A stretch of 64,000 nt of DNA from Dehalococcoidia bacterium. GTDB lineage: Bacteria; Chloroflexota; Dehalococcoidia; Lucifugimonadales; UBA3495. This document shows positions 33,969 through 43,801 of the stretch, one piece after another. Below the pieces are notes generated by a model. That model made no database searches, had not been told where the DNA came from, and saw only the letters and a program-made list of their open reading frames with translations. The position numbers were made by a program, and so were the translations under genes. Within the stretch, counting starts at the first letter, position 1; every line of letters begins with the position of its first letter. Where the stretch lies: positions 1,782,326 through 1,846,325 of the forward strand of contig CBDBHA010000002.1 in the NCBI GenBank assembly GCA_965205495.1, read 5' to 3'.

Positions 33969-35177
33969 CTACCGCAGCTCCAACATCCGTTGCAGGGCCA
34001 CCAGGGACTCCTGCTTGATGTCGGCAGGAACGGTGATTTCGTTGACCACCGTGCCGTCCAACATGGTTTCCAGGGTCCAGAGCAAATAGGCCGGGTGGAT
34101 GCGGTACATGGTGGAGCAGGGGCAGCTTACCGGGTCCAGGCAGAAGACGGTCTTGTCCGGGTTATTCAGGGCCAGGCGGTTGACCAGGCTGATTTCGGTG
34201 CCCACGGCCCATACGCTGCCTGCGGGGGCTTCGTTGATGGTCTTGCGGATGAACTCGGTGGAACCGTTCAGGTCGGCAGCCTGCACGGTTTCCATGGGAC
34301 ATTCGGGGTGGACCAGGACGGTTACCTCGGGGAAGCGTTGGCGGGCGGACTCAATCTGGGAGGCGGTAAACCTGGTGTGGACCGAACAGTGACCCTGCCA
34401 GAGGACCATCTTGGCGTTGATCAGCTGCTCCGGGGTGTTGCCACCCAGGGGCTTGAAGGGGTTCCAGACGACCATTTGCTCCAAGGGAACGCCCAGTTTG
34501 AGGGCGGTATTGCGTCCCAGGTGCTGGTCGGGCAGGAAGAGGACCCGCTGGGCGTTTTCGAAGGCCCATTCCACGACCCGGGTGGCGTTGGAGGAGGTGC
34601 AGACCGCGCCGTTGTTGCGGCCGCAGAGGGCCTTGATCCCGGCGATGGAGTTCATGTAGGTGACTGGAACGATGCCGCCCTTATCGCCCAAAACGTCCTG
34701 GAGGTCGTCCCAAGCGTCTTCCACATCTTCCATCGGAGCCATGTCGGCCATGGAGCAGCCGGCGGTGATGTTGGGCAGGACAACCTTCTGGTGGGGGGCG
34801 CAAAGGATGCAAGCGGTCTCCGCCATGAAATGAACGCCGCAAAAGACGATGTATTCCGCCTCGGGCTTGGAGGCGGCTTCCTGGGACAGCAGGAAGGAGT
34901 CGCCCTGGAAATCGGCGTACTTGATAACCTCTTCGCGCTGGTAGTGGTGGCCCAGGACGGTGACGGTGGAGCCCAGCTTTTGGCGGGCGTCGTGAATCCG
35001 CCGGTCCAACTCCTGGGGGCTGCAACGGAGGTACTCCTGGGGGATCTTCTGCCACCGGATATTGATGGCGAGTTCTTCGGCCAGGGACTTTGAGGGGAGT
35101 TCGTCACCCGGCTTGCAGAAAGCGGCGTGCTCAATTTCGGTTATGGGCACGAAGGGTTGGCGGGGTTTCGTAGTCAT
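33969..35177 (-). CDS. nadA: quinolinate synthase (long type with N-terminal extension)
   Basis: 402 aa. ILGHHYQ, FCGVHFMAET, C..M and HPEC blocks. Confidence 0.9.
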   Translation of the reverse strand: MTTKPRQPFVPITEIEHAAFCKPGDELPSKSLAEELAINIRWQKIPQEYLRCSPQELDRRIHDARQKLGSTVTVLGHHYQREEVIKYADFQGDSFLLSQEAASKPEAEYIVFCGVHFMAETACILCAPHQKVVLPNITAGCSMADMAPMEDVEDAWDDLQDVLGDKGGIVPVTYMNSIAGIKALCGRNNGAVCTSSNATRVVEWAFENAQRVLFLPDQHLGRNTALKLGVPLEQMVVWNPFKPLGGNTPEQLINAKMVLWQGHCSVHTRFTASQIESARQRFPEVTVLVHPECPMETVQAADLNGSTEFIRKTINEAPAGSVWAVGTEISLVNRLALNNPDKTVFCLDPVSCPCSTMYRIHPAYLLWTLETMLDGTVVNEITVPADIKQESLVALQRMLELR

Positions 35178-35181
35178 TTCA

Positions 35182-36489
35182 CTACCTCAAGGGTTCCACG
35201 GTTCCAGCATACTCCTCAACGCAAGCGCCTTGAAGCGACCAAGGGCTGGAGCCGTCGATTTTGACGTCCACTAATCGGCCCAGGTAGTCGTCATCGCCTT
35301 GGAAAAACACCAACTTGTCGGTCCGCGTCCGCCCCCGCCACTTGCCCTTATGGAAGCCGTCCACCAAGACCTGCATGGTCTGGCCCAGGAGGGAAGCGTT
35401 GATTTCCCGCTGGATGGTCTCTTGCTGCAGATCGATGGCCTTCAAACGGCGGGTCTTTTCCTCTGGTGGCACGTCGTCGGGGAGGTTGCGGTGGGCGACG
35501 GTCCCGGGCCGGGTGGAGTAGGCGGCAGAATGGACCTTGTCGAAACGGAGGTCGGTCATTAGCTCGGCGGACCGCTGATATTGGTCTTGGTTTTCTCCGG
35601 GGAACCCGACTATCAGGTCGGTACTCATGGCGACGCCGGGGACGGTCTCCCTAATCCGGCTCACCAACTGCCGGTATTCACCGCTGGTGTAGGGGCGGCG
35701 CATCCGGGCGAGGACTTCATCGTCGCCCGCTTGGACCGGCAGGTTAATGTGCTCACATACCTTGGGGAGTCCGGCCACGGCCTCGATAATGCGCTGGCTC
35801 ATAAACGAGGGATGGGAGGTAAGGAAACGGATTCGCTCAAGGCCGGAAATATTGTTGAGTTCAGCCAGCAGGTCGGCTAAATCGGGGCGTTCCGGAAGAT
35901 CGTTGCCATAGGCGTCGACGGTCTGGCCCAGGACGGTCACTTCTTTCACTCCGCGCTGCACCAGAAGTCCGACTTCGTGGACAACTTCCGCCACCGGGCG
36001 GCTGACCTGGCGGCCTCGGCGGTAGGGGATGATGCAGAAGGTACACATGAGGTCGCAGCCCTGTATGATGGGCACGAAGGCGGTGACGTCGGGGTGGTTG
36101 GGGGCCAGGGAACCGACGCAACCTTCCCAGTCGACGCCCTTGCGTTGGCCCACCACGTCCAGCAGGGGTCCGTATTGTTGGGGACGCAGGAACAAGTCTA
36201 CCCAGGGGAACTGACGCTGCAATCCTTCGGATTTGGGGCCGACCATGCAGCCCATGAGCGCGATGAGTTGGCCGGGGCGGTGTTTCTTGACCGGGCGCAT
36301 CAGGGAGAGGTTGTTGGCCACCTTGTCTTCGGCGTTTTGGCGGACCACGCAGGAATTGAAAACCACGACGTCGGCGTCCTGAGGGCGTTCAACTTCGTTC
36401 AGGCCGAGTTGCTCTAGGGCCGACCCCAAACGCTGGGAATCGGCTTTGTTCATCTGACAGCCTATGGTCCAAATATAAAACGTATCCAT
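35182..36489 (-). CDS. miaB: tRNA-2-methylthio-N6-dimethylallyladenosine synthase (MiaB-type radical SAM methylthiotransferase)
   Basis: 435 aa. The N-terminal UPF0004 Cys residues (TIGCQMN..FNSCVVR..GCM), radical-SAM CDLMCTFC and a C-terminal TRAM domain. The stop is 4 nt from the nadA start. Confidence 0.88.
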   Translation of the reverse strand: MDTFYIWTIGCQMNKADSQRLGSALEQLGLNEVERPQDADVVVFNSCVVRQNAEDKVANNLSLMRPVKKHRPGQLIALMGCMVGPKSEGLQRQFPWVDLFLRPQQYGPLLDVVGQRKGVDWEGCVGSLAPNHPDVTAFVPIIQGCDLMCTFCIIPYRRGRQVSRPVAEVVHEVGLLVQRGVKEVTVLGQTVDAYGNDLPERPDLADLLAELNNISGLERIRFLTSHPSFMSQRIIEAVAGLPKVCEHINLPVQAGDDEVLARMRRPYTSGEYRQLVSRIRETVPGVAMSTDLIVGFPGENQDQYQRSAELMTDLRFDKVHSAAYSTRPGTVAHRNLPDDVPPEEKTRRLKAIDLQQETIQREINASLLGQTMQVLVDGFHKGKWRGRTRTDKLVFFQGDDDYLGRLVDVKIDGSSPWSLQGACVEEYAGTVEPLR

Positions 36490-36512
36490 AGGGGTTTAAA
36501 ACAAGAGGAACC

Positions 36513-36604
36513 TGGCGGAGGGAGTGGGATTCGAACCCACGATCCCAATTTCTCAGGATAAGCGCTTAGCAGGCGCCCGCACTAGACCACTATGCGATCC
36601 CTCC
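36513..36604 (-). tRNA. tRNA-Ser (anticodon GCT), CCA encoded
   Basis: Manual fold: acceptor GGAGGGA/TCCCTCC, anticodon stem GGCGC/GCGCT with loop CTGCTAA, long variable arm, T-arm GTGGG-TTCGAAT-CCCAC, discriminator G. Confidence 0.9.
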
Positions 36605-36618
36605 CGCTCGTTTGAACC

Positions 36619-36647
36619 AATATAACAAACCGGGCCACAGCCTACAA
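36619..36647 (-). promoter_or_regulatory. candidate promoter for tRNA-Ser / miaB-nad operon
   Basis: Minus strand TTGTAG-17-TATATT, 15 nt upstream of the tRNA 5' end. Confidence 0.35.
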
Positions 36648-36826
36648 TAAGCAAGGCGTCAGTTACACCCGAAGCGGACCGGGTGGTCCGGCATGGTTGG
36701 GGGCGTTTGGGAGGGGGGTCAATCAACGGGAACGGTGACGAAATCGATAGCTTGGATGGCCCTCTAAACTCAACGGTGACGCGGGAAAACTGAGAAAAAC
36801 GCCATCCGCTTTAAATGGGTCATGAG

Positions 36827-36855
36827 TTGACACACATTAGACGCTCCCATAATAT
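36827..36855 (+). promoter_or_regulatory. near-consensus sigma70 promoter of the Lrp/AsnC regulator gene
   Basis: TTGACA (36827-32), 17 nt, TAATAT (36850-55). Confidence 0.6.
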
Positions 36856-36898
36856 GGCTGGTGGGAAATCGGCAAGTACATAACGGAGCACAGCAATA

Positions 36899-37339
36899 AT
36901 GGACGAACTCGACCGCAGAATAATCGCCCTTCTTCAGATGGACGGACGGGCTTCAAATGCGAAAATCGCCCGCGAAGTCGGAGTAAGCGAGGGAACGGTA
37001 CGCCGGCGGCTGCGCCGGTTAATCCAAGACGACGTAGTGAACGTTGTGGCGGTCCCAAACCTGGAAAAGCTGGGTTATGCCACCACGGCGCTCATTGGCT
37101 TGCAAACCGGGCCGGGCAAGTCGGACTCGGTGGCGGAAGCCATCGCCGGGTTGCAGGAAGCCCATTACGTGGCAGTGACGACGGGAGCCTACGACGTTTT
37201 CGTCTGGGCGGGCCTGGAATCTGCGGAAGGGTTGGGTGACTTTCTCCGGACGAAAATCGGCATCATCGACGGAGTGCAACGCACGGAAACCTTCGTAAAC
37301 CTGTCCATCAAGAAGCGGACTTATGGGCTGGTATTGTAA
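36899..37339 (+). CDS. Lrp/AsnC family transcriptional regulator
   Basis: 146 aa. LDRRIIALLQMDGRASNAKIAREVGVSEGTVRRRL (HTH) plus a C-terminal RAM domain. Confidence 0.9.
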   Translation: MDELDRRIIALLQMDGRASNAKIAREVGVSEGTVRRRLRRLIQDDVVNVVAVPNLEKLGYATTALIGLQTGPGKSDSVAEAIAGLQEAHYVAVTTGAYDVFVWAGLESAEGLGDFLRTKIGIIDGVQRTETFVNLSIKKRTYGLVL

Positions 37340-37367
37340 GACGGGCTGCCAGGTAAGGCGCTCATTA

Positions 37368-37395
37368 TTGCAAACAAAACCCCCTATGATATAAT
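37368..37395 (+). promoter_or_regulatory. near-consensus sigma70 promoter of the ferredoxin gene
   Basis: TTGCAA (37368-73), 16 nt, TATAAT (37390-95) with TGa upstream. Confidence 0.6.
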
Positions 37396-37486
37396 TTTGG
37401 TGGTTAAATCCTTTCCGGCGGGGTGGCCGGGGCGCGAGAGGCGGTCCCGCGCTGTTACGCAGATAATTCAGAGGAGCAACTAAAGA

Positions 37487-37756
37487 ATGACCTACATTAT
37501 TACTGAGCCATGCGTAGGGGTCAAAGATGGGGCGTGTGTGGACGTTTGCCCGGTGGACTGCATCTACACCCGGGACGATGACGACATGTTCTACATCAAC
37601 CCGGATGAGTGCATCGACTGCGCCGCCTGCGAGCCGGTGTGCCCGGTTACGGCCATCTTCGCCGAGGACGCCGTGCCGAATACCTGGAACGAGTACGTCT
37701 CCAAGAACTACGACTACTTCAAAGGCACCGACCTATCGACGCTCCAGCGGAAGTAG
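37487..37756 (+). CDS. ferredoxin (Fe-S, FdxA-like)
   Basis: 89 aa. CVGVKDGACVDVCPVDCIY and CIDCAACEPVCPVTAIF cluster motifs. GAGGAG RBS. Confidence 0.9.
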   Translation: MTYIITEPCVGVKDGACVDVCPVDCIYTRDDDDMFYINPDECIDCAACEPVCPVTAIFAEDAVPNTWNEYVSKNYDYFKGTDLSTLQRK

Positions 37757-37796
37757 GGCGTCTCAACCAGCCCGGTAACCCATCCCGGTCAACCAC

Positions 37797-37836
37797 AAAC
37801 CTCCAGGGGGTTTCCCCCCCTAGAGGTTTTTATTTT
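37797..37836. terminator. bidirectional hairpin terminator between the ferredoxin gene and the hemQ-like gene
   Basis: AAACCTCCAGGGGG-ttt-CCCCCCCTAGAGGTTT (1 mismatch) followed by TTATTTT. Confidence 0.75.
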
Positions 37837-37864
37837 GTGCCGAATACTGAAGCGGGATTTGGGG

Positions 37865-38560
37865 TCACCCCAGATCGTCCAGGCAGGCTTCCAGGGGCTT
37901 ATGGATGCAGGTGAAGATGGGAGTGTCGCGGAGGGTAAAGGGGCGGGCTTTGGACTCCCGAAGTTCCATGACCAGGTCGAGGAAGGCGCCGGGGTCGTCG
38001 GTCTCAAAACCGAGGACAAATTCCTGGTCGTCCAGCCCGAAGGAGTAGGACGTGGTTATTTTCACCTGGGGGTACTTGTGACCAATCTGGAAATGCTCGT
38101 TCATCATCTGCTGACGGTCGGGCTGGGGAAGTTGGTACCACTCGTTGGTCTTGACGAAGGGGTAAACGAAGAGGTACTTGCGGCCAACCATGCGGAGGGA
38201 TGAGGCGGAGCCTTCCTGGCCTTCGTGCCGGTGATCGTCGATGTAGGGGGACCGGCGGGTCATGGCCAGGTAGGAGTGGGTGGTGTGGAGGAACCGGGCC
38301 AGCCTGGTCCGGTTGAGCTGGGCCATTAGTTCGTTGATGGGTTCCAGGGTGGGGCTAACCTTCCAAAGCATAAGGTCGGCGTCGCCGCGGGTGCCCACCA
38401 AGCTATAGCTGGACAGGGAAACTTCCTGAGAACACTCGGCCAGTACCTCGGCAAACTGGGCCTTGGCCTGGGCGCGTTCTTGGGCGGGAAGGTCCCGCCA
38501 TCCTGGGGAGACTTGGTAGAAGGTGTACTTGACGAAGTCCCTTTGGGTTTCCTGGGCCAT
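37865..38560 (-). CDS. chlorite dismutase family protein (HemQ/coproheme decarboxylase-like)
   Basis: 231 aa from the ATG at 38560 (AGGGAG upstream). KYTFYQV..., YLFVYPFVKTNEWYQLP and DLVMELR blocks. The longer ORF-track start lies inside an F1 repeat. Confidence 0.8.
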   Translation of the reverse strand: MAQETQRDFVKYTFYQVSPGWRDLPAQERAQAKAQFAEVLAECSQEVSLSSYSLVGTRGDADLMLWKVSPTLEPINELMAQLNRTRLARFLHTTHSYLAMTRRSPYIDDHRHEGQEGSASSLRMVGRKYLFVYPFVKTNEWYQLPQPDRQQMMNEHFQIGHKYPQVKITTSYSFGLDDQEFVLGFETDDPGAFLDLVMELRESKARPFTLRDTPIFTCIHKPLEACLDDLG

Positions 38561-38651
38561 TTGAGGCTCCCTTTGTTTTGGTGTGGTGTTTGGGTCTGGC
38601 AATGGATGATAACAACAGGGGGCACGGTCTGACAACGGTGGACTGTTGGGG

Positions 38652-38775
38652 GTAGGACGATTGCAAAGTGGTGCAATTCGGGGCAAAAGGGAGGCTTGCC
38701 AGGCCAGGTACGACCTGGATTCCCGCCTTCTCGGGAATGACGATAGGTGTTCGTAGGGACTTTGCAGTTGTACTG
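38652..38775 (+). repeat. repeat family F1, complete copy
   Basis: TAGGACGATTGCAAAGTG..GGATTCCCGCCTTCTCGGGAATGACG..CTTTGCAGTTGTACTG, flanked by the direct repeat CTGTTGGGG (38643-51 and 38776-84). Confidence 0.85.
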
Positions 38776-38874
38776 CTGTTGGGGCGATAAGGCGTTACAT
38801 CGGGTTGGCGGAGTGCTAAAATCGGCCATGGACTCACCCAACCAGCGAGAAGGCCAGCATAACGAGGTGAAAAG

Positions 38875-39822
38875 ATGGTCCTGCTAGGCGCGGAGCAATA
38901 CACATACGAAGTAGCCGAGGGATGGGGACAACTTCCCGACGGCTGGAAGTTCAAAGAGGTTGCGGCGGTGGGCGTAGACTCCAGCGACAACGTCTACGCC
39001 TTCAACCGGGGCGAACACCCCATGATTATTTTCGACAAGCAGGGGCATTTCCTGCGCTCCTGGGGCGAGGGGGTATTCCCTCGGGCCCACGGGATAACCA
39101 TGAGCCCGGACGACACCATCTTTTGCACCGACGACGGAGACCATACCGTGCGGAAATGCACCTTGGACGGCAAGGTGTTGTTCACCCTGGGAATCAGCGG
39201 TCAGCCGGCCCCCTTCATGAGCGGCGATCCCTTCAACCGCTGCACCCACGTCGCCATCGACCCCCGCAACGGGGACTTCTACGTGACTGACGGGTACGGC
39301 AACGCCCGGGTGCATAAATACTCGCCCGACGGGAACCATCTGTTTTCCTGGGGAGAGTCGGGGACGGAACCGGGGCAGTTCAACATTGCTCATAACGTCT
39401 GCACCGACAAAGACGGCTGGGTTTACGTGGCGGACCGGGAGAACCACCGGGTCCAGATTTTCGACGCCAACGGCAAGTTCGAGACCCAGTGGGTAAACAT
39501 GGCGCGGCCCTGCGGCCTCTATATCGACCAGGAAGCGGAGTTGGTCTACATCGGCGAATTGGGCGCGGCCATCGGAGCCAACATCGCGGCTACCGGACTG
39601 GGGCCACGGGTTAGCATTTACGACACATCGGGGAACGTTCTGGCCCGGTTGGGCAACCAGGGAGAAGGGGAAGATCCAGGCAAGTTCATCGCCCCCCACG
39701 GCGTTTGCATCGACTCCCGCTCCGATATTTACGTCGGGGAAGTGTCCTGGACCCACACCCGCAGTTATCCCAACCCCAAGGACGAATGGAGGACTCTGCA
39801 AAAGCTGGTGAAGAAGAGCTAG
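38875..39822 (+). CDS. NHL-repeat six-bladed beta-propeller protein (peptidyl-alpha-hydroxyglycine lyase-like)
   Basis: 315 aa. Repeated blades of the form ..P.G+a+D..g.+YV.D..NhR+..F.. Confidence 0.75.
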   Translation: MVLLGAEQYTYEVAEGWGQLPDGWKFKEVAAVGVDSSDNVYAFNRGEHPMIIFDKQGHFLRSWGEGVFPRAHGITMSPDDTIFCTDDGDHTVRKCTLDGKVLFTLGISGQPAPFMSGDPFNRCTHVAIDPRNGDFYVTDGYGNARVHKYSPDGNHLFSWGESGTEPGQFNIAHNVCTDKDGWVYVADRENHRVQIFDANGKFETQWVNMARPCGLYIDQEAELVYIGELGAAIGANIAATGLGPRVSIYDTSGNVLARLGNQGEGEDPGKFIAPHGVCIDSRSDIYVGEVSWTHTRSYPNPKDEWRTLQKLVKKS

Positions 39823-39881
39823 GCGGATCATTGGCGGAGTTGAGCGCCCGGTTGTGGTCCGGCGGGGTTAGCTAACCGATA

Positions 39882-40757
39882 ATGGCCCAGGACGTCATCG
39901 CCATCATCTGCGACTGCGACGATACCCTTTGCCCTGACACGACGGACAAGCTGGTCCAAGATCTGGGCATCGACTCCGCCGATTTCTGGACCAACCAGGT
40001 CAACCCCATGGTCCGGGACGGGTGGGACCCGCCGCTGGCCTACCTGAACAAGCTGCTGGAGGTCACCGCCGGTCCCCACGTAACCAGCCTGACCAAGTCC
40101 GAGCTTCGGAAAGCCGGCGCGGGAGTTGAATTTTTCCCGGGCGCGTTGGACTTCGTGGACCGTATCCGGAAAGGGTTGTCGGCAAACACCGAGTACCGGC
40201 AGGCCGGCATCACCGTAGAGTGGTACATCGTTAGCTCCGGCATCGAGGAGGTGCTGCGGGCCACGCCGCTCGAGGGGACGGCGACGGAAATATTCGCCTG
40301 CGCCTTTGGCTACAGCGGCGATGAACAGGCCGTGGCGGTAAAACGGGGAGTCACCTTTACCGAGAAGACCAAGTTCATCTACGCCATCAACAAGGGAATC
40401 TCCGGCGAAGAACTGCGGAAGAACCCCTACCGGGTAAACTACGCCATGACACCGGAAGACCGCCGCATCCCCTTTGAGCACATGGTTTACGTGGGAGACG
40501 GCCCCAGCGACATTCCGTGCTTCTCCATGATCCGGCAACTGGGCGGGCGGGGCATTGGCGTGATGCCGCCGGACGATAAGGAGCTGCGGAAACCTTATGA
40601 ACTGGCGGAGGGCAACCGGCTGACGGTGGGCCCCTATACCGCCGACTACCGGGAAGGCACCGACCTCTTTAAGATGATGTCGCGGATCGTCACCGGTATC
40701 GCCGATTCGATACTGGAAAAGCGGGCGCAGCGGATTAAGTCTTCCCCGTCCCATTAG
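39882..40757 (+). CDS. HAD-superfamily hydrolase-like protein
   Basis: 291 aa. N-terminal IICDCDDTL (DxDxT), SSG.. and YVGDGPSD (motif IV). Confidence 0.6.
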   Translation: MAQDVIAIICDCDDTLCPDTTDKLVQDLGIDSADFWTNQVNPMVRDGWDPPLAYLNKLLEVTAGPHVTSLTKSELRKAGAGVEFFPGALDFVDRIRKGLSANTEYRQAGITVEWYIVSSGIEEVLRATPLEGTATEIFACAFGYSGDEQAVAVKRGVTFTEKTKFIYAINKGISGEELRKNPYRVNYAMTPEDRRIPFEHMVYVGDGPSDIPCFSMIRQLGGRGIGVMPPDDKELRKPYELAEGNRLTVGPYTADYREGTDLFKMMSRIVTGIADSILEKRAQRIKSSPSH

Positions 40758-40790
40758 GGGCGGCGGCAAATCGGAGACCGAGGACAGGGA

Positions 40791-41480
40791 ATGGAAATCA
40801 GGGTAGGGAGCTTGGTGCGGGACGCCAGGGAAGCCGAAGGAACGGCAATAATAATCGACGTGTTCCGGGCGTTTACCACGGCGGCCATCGCCTTCGACCA
40901 CGGAGCGGCGAAGATCACCCTGGTGGCCGAAGTGGAAGAGGCGTTGGAACTCCAAAAGCAGGGCGGAGTGGACGTACTTATGGGGGAAGTGGACGGAAAG
41001 CGTCCCGACGGGTTCGATTTCGGCAACTCCCCCTACGAAGTCTCTCAAGCGGACTTCAGCGGCAAGGCAATCGTGCAGTCCACCCGGGCGGGCACGGTGG
41101 GGGTGGCGGCGGCATCGCAGGCGGACAGCATATACCTGGGATCCCTGGCGGTGGCCGAAGCCACGGTCAAGGCGGTACTGGCCGACGACCCCGCTGTTGT
41201 TTCCATCATCGCCATGGGGGACCGGGGCCGGTCCCGGTCGGACGAAGACGAACATTGCGCCCTGTACCTGCGGAACCTGCTGGAAGGACGGAAGCCGGAC
41301 CCGGAAGCGGTCCGCTCGCTGGTATTGGCGGGCGGGGATACGGTGAAGTTCTTTGATGAAAACCAGCCCCAGTACCACCCCAACGACGTGGAATTGGCAT
41401 TGCAAGTGAGCCGGTATCCCTTTGCCATGAAGGTAACCCGGGAGAACGGGCTGCCGGTGGCCCGCAAGCTTCCGGTTTGA
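40791..41480 (+). CDS. 2-phosphosulfolactate phosphatase (ComB) family protein
   Basis: 229 aa. IIIDVFRAFTTAAIAF and QSTRAGT are ComB-family blocks. Confidence 0.75.
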   Translation: MEIRVGSLVRDAREAEGTAIIIDVFRAFTTAAIAFDHGAAKITLVAEVEEALELQKQGGVDVLMGEVDGKRPDGFDFGNSPYEVSQADFSGKAIVQSTRAGTVGVAAASQADSIYLGSLAVAEATVKAVLADDPAVVSIIAMGDRGRSRSDEDEHCALYLRNLLEGRKPDPEAVRSLVLAGGDTVKFFDENQPQYHPNDVELALQVSRYPFAMKVTRENGLPVARKLPV

Positions 41481-41625
41481 GGCTTGTCAAACCGGGTCCG
41501 GAGCCAAGGGGTGTGACGGTGGGCCGGTAGTGGCGCGTTATTCCTGTTTGGTCTTGGGAATTGTGATGGCAACGTTGGTCTTGCTGGTTATCGTAACGTG
41601 CCGGATAACCGGCTTGGGGATTTAA

Positions 41626-42506
41626 GAGCTTGTGTTCAAAGTGTCGAAATCTGGCGAGCTGAAGTAGGAACGCCAAATTTCCCGATTTGATAAGTTGGAG
41701 GCATGAATAGGGAATCATATCCAAGCGACCTTACCGATGCCCAATGGGAGGAACTAGCCCCTTTGATTCCGCCAGCCAGGCGAGGAGGCCATCCCCGCAC
41801 CGTCAACATGCGCGAGGTCATAAACGGCATATTGTACGTGCTGCGTAGTGGCTGCACTTGGCGCATGATGCCCCATGATCTGCCTCCTTGGAGTACCCCG
41901 TGGGGATACTTTCGCCGGTGGAGAAAAGACGGCACTTGGGAAGGTATCCATGATACTTTGCGTCCCAAAGTGCGGGAGTTGGAAGGGAGAGAGCCGACGC
42001 CCTCAGCAGCCATCATCGACAGCCAGAGTGTGAAGACCACCGAAAAAGGGGGCCTCGTGGCTATGACGCTGGTAAGAAGGTGAAGGGCCGCAAGCGTCAC
42101 ATTGTGGTTGACACCATGGGGTTGCTGCTGGCCGTGGTGGTGCATCCGGCGGACATTCAAGACCGGGACGGGGCTAAGCTGGTGTTGAGCAAGCTTCTGG
42201 GACGATTCCCCAGGCTCCACTTGATTTGGGCTGATGGCGCCTATGCCGGACAATTGGTGAATTGGGCTTTCGCCTTGGGAGGCTGGCTGGTTGAGGTGGT
42301 CAGGCGTGCCAAGAACAGCCACAGCTTTGAGGTGTTGCCTCGTCGGTGGGTTGTAGAGCGCACCCTTGGCTGGCTGGGCCGAAACAGGAGACTCAGCAAA
42401 GACTACGAGGAACTGCCGGAAACTTCTGAGGCTTGGGTTTATATAGCTATGATTCATCTCATGCTCAAAAGGCTCGCCCGCTTGATTCTACTTTAAACAC
42501 AGGCTC
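41626..42506 (+). mobile_element. IS5-family insertion sequence (881 bp; IS1031/IS427-like subgroup from memory), apparently intact
   Basis: Inverted repeats GAGCTTGTGTTCAAAGT and ACTTTAAACACAGGCTC (15/17). Perfect 3-bp direct repeat TAA at 41623-25 and 42507-09. Two-frame transposase. Confidence 0.9.
41703..42496 (+). CDS. IS5-family DDE transposase, orfA (41703-42083) plus orfB in the -1 frame
   Basis: orfA is [18 protein letters not shown] (DUF4096-type). Reading ..TEKGG then [24 protein letters not shown] across the A5G5 run at 42043-52 gives the usual fused DDE protein. Confidence 0.85.
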
Positions 42507-42551
42507 TAAGCGCCGGCGCATCGGGGTTGGCTTTTGTAGAATGGGCCTCCT

Positions 42552-42920
42552 TTAAACCTCAACCACGTTTTCCAGGTGCCGGACGCTTTCCAGCCGGCGC
42601 CCGCTGCTCACGCGGACGGAGACCAGGTCGATTCGCCAATCGGCGGGCGCGGCTTCCAGGGATTGAAGGTAGGTTTCCGCCGTGGCAATTAGGCGGCGGG
42701 CCTTGGCCGCGGTCAAGGACTCTTCCGGCGTACCCAAGGCGGGGCCGGAACGGGTGCGGACTTCCACGAAGACCAACTCACCGTTCTGTTGCGCGATTAT
42801 GTCGACCTCGCCCCACCGGCAGCGGTAGTTGGTCGTCAGGATGGCGTAACCCTTGGCCCGCAGCATCCGGCAGGCCAGAGCCTCGCCCCACGAACCCAAC
42901 TTGGCCCTGGGAGAGGGCAT
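42552..42920 (-). CDS. yraN: YraN-family (UPF0102) endonuclease-like protein
   Basis: 122 aa. GE.LA...L...GY.IL..N.R...GE+DIIA...LVFVEVR pattern. Confidence 0.85.
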   Translation of the reverse strand: MPSPRAKLGSWGEALACRMLRAKGYAILTTNYRCRWGEVDIIAQQNGELVFVEVRTRSGPALGTPEESLTAAKARRLIATAETYLQSLEAAPADWRIDLVSVRVSSGRRLESVRHLENVVEV

Positions 42921-42921
42921 A

Positions 42922-43626
42922 TCAGCCCGAGCCTGGCCAGTGGGAGGTCAACCCGGCTCCTGCCCGGGGGATGGCCATGGCCCTGACCGGGCCGAAGGAG
43001 CGGCGGTGGATGAGGCAGGGGCCCAACTTCCGGAGGCGTTCGATGTGCTCCTTGGTGGGGTAACCCTTGTGGCGGGAGAAACCGTAGCCGGGGAAGCGGC
43101 CCTCGGCCCGCTGCATCCAGCGGTCGCGGGTGACCTTGGCCACGATGGAAGCGGCGGCGATGGAGTAGCTGAGGCTGTCACCTTTGACGATTACTTGGTA
43201 GGGGAAGGCACACTTCTTCAGGGGAATGTAGTCGAAGAGGACATGGTCCGGCTGAACCGGCAAGCCGGCCAGGGCGTTCATCATGGCCTGGATGGTCGCG
43301 GGTAGGATTCCCACGGCGTCGATGTCGTCGGAGTCCTGCTGACCGACGGCCACGGCGACGGCGTTAGCCTTGATGAGCTCCAAGGCTGCTTCGCGGCGGC
43401 GGTGGGAGAGCTTCTTGCTGTCGTTGATGTACCGGAGCCAGGGCTCGGAACCGGAGAGTTCGGCGGGGAGGATAACCGCCGCCGCGACCACCGGACCGGC
43501 CAAGGGGCCGCGGCCCGCTTCATCCACCCCGGCGATTAGCCGGCGTCCGGTTAAATGGACGCCCCGTTCCAGGTCCAGACCCGGCACATCCCCTCCCCTC
43601 GGTTGAAGCGGTTTAGCCAGCCACAT
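42922..43626 (-). CDS. rnhB: ribonuclease HII
   Basis: 234 aa. IAGVDEAGRGPLAGPVVAAAV and DSKKLS motifs. The exact start is uncertain. Confidence 0.9.
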   Translation of the reverse strand: MWLAKPLQPRGGDVPGLDLERGVHLTGRRLIAGVDEAGRGPLAGPVVAAAVILPAELSGSEPWLRYINDSKKLSHRRREAALELIKANAVAVAVGQQDSDDIDAVGILPATIQAMMNALAGLPVQPDHVLFDYIPLKKCAFPYQVIVKGDSLSYSIAAASIVAKVTRDRWMQRAEGRFPGYGFSRHKGYPTKEHIERLRKLGPCLIHRRSFGPVRAMAIPRAGAGLTSHWPGSG

Positions 43627-43632
43627 CTTAAC

Positions 43633-43801
43633 TATTCAAAATGAAGGAGTTGGCCCAACCCAAGATGCGTCGTTCCGGCCTCGAGCCGGAACCCAGGAAT
43701 CCCGGTCATTTAGAACGCTGGTCTCTCCCTGACCATTCTGGATTCCGGCTCAAGGCCGGAATGACGGTTTAATGGCAGGATTACTCATCAATTCTGAACA
43801 C
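43633..43801 (+). repeat. repeat family F3, full-length double-hairpin copy
   Basis: Fills the whole mnmA-rnhB intergenic gap. Its right end ..CAATTCTGAACAC abuts the mnmA stop codon (43802-04). Confidence 0.85.

Noticed and set aside
39828-41405. 525-aa minus-strand ORF spanning the HAD-like and ComB-like genes
   Set aside because: It has a shadow-ORF composition (R/P/G/H-rich), no motifs and no RBS. The plus-strand genes carry recognisable DxDxT and ComB blocks.
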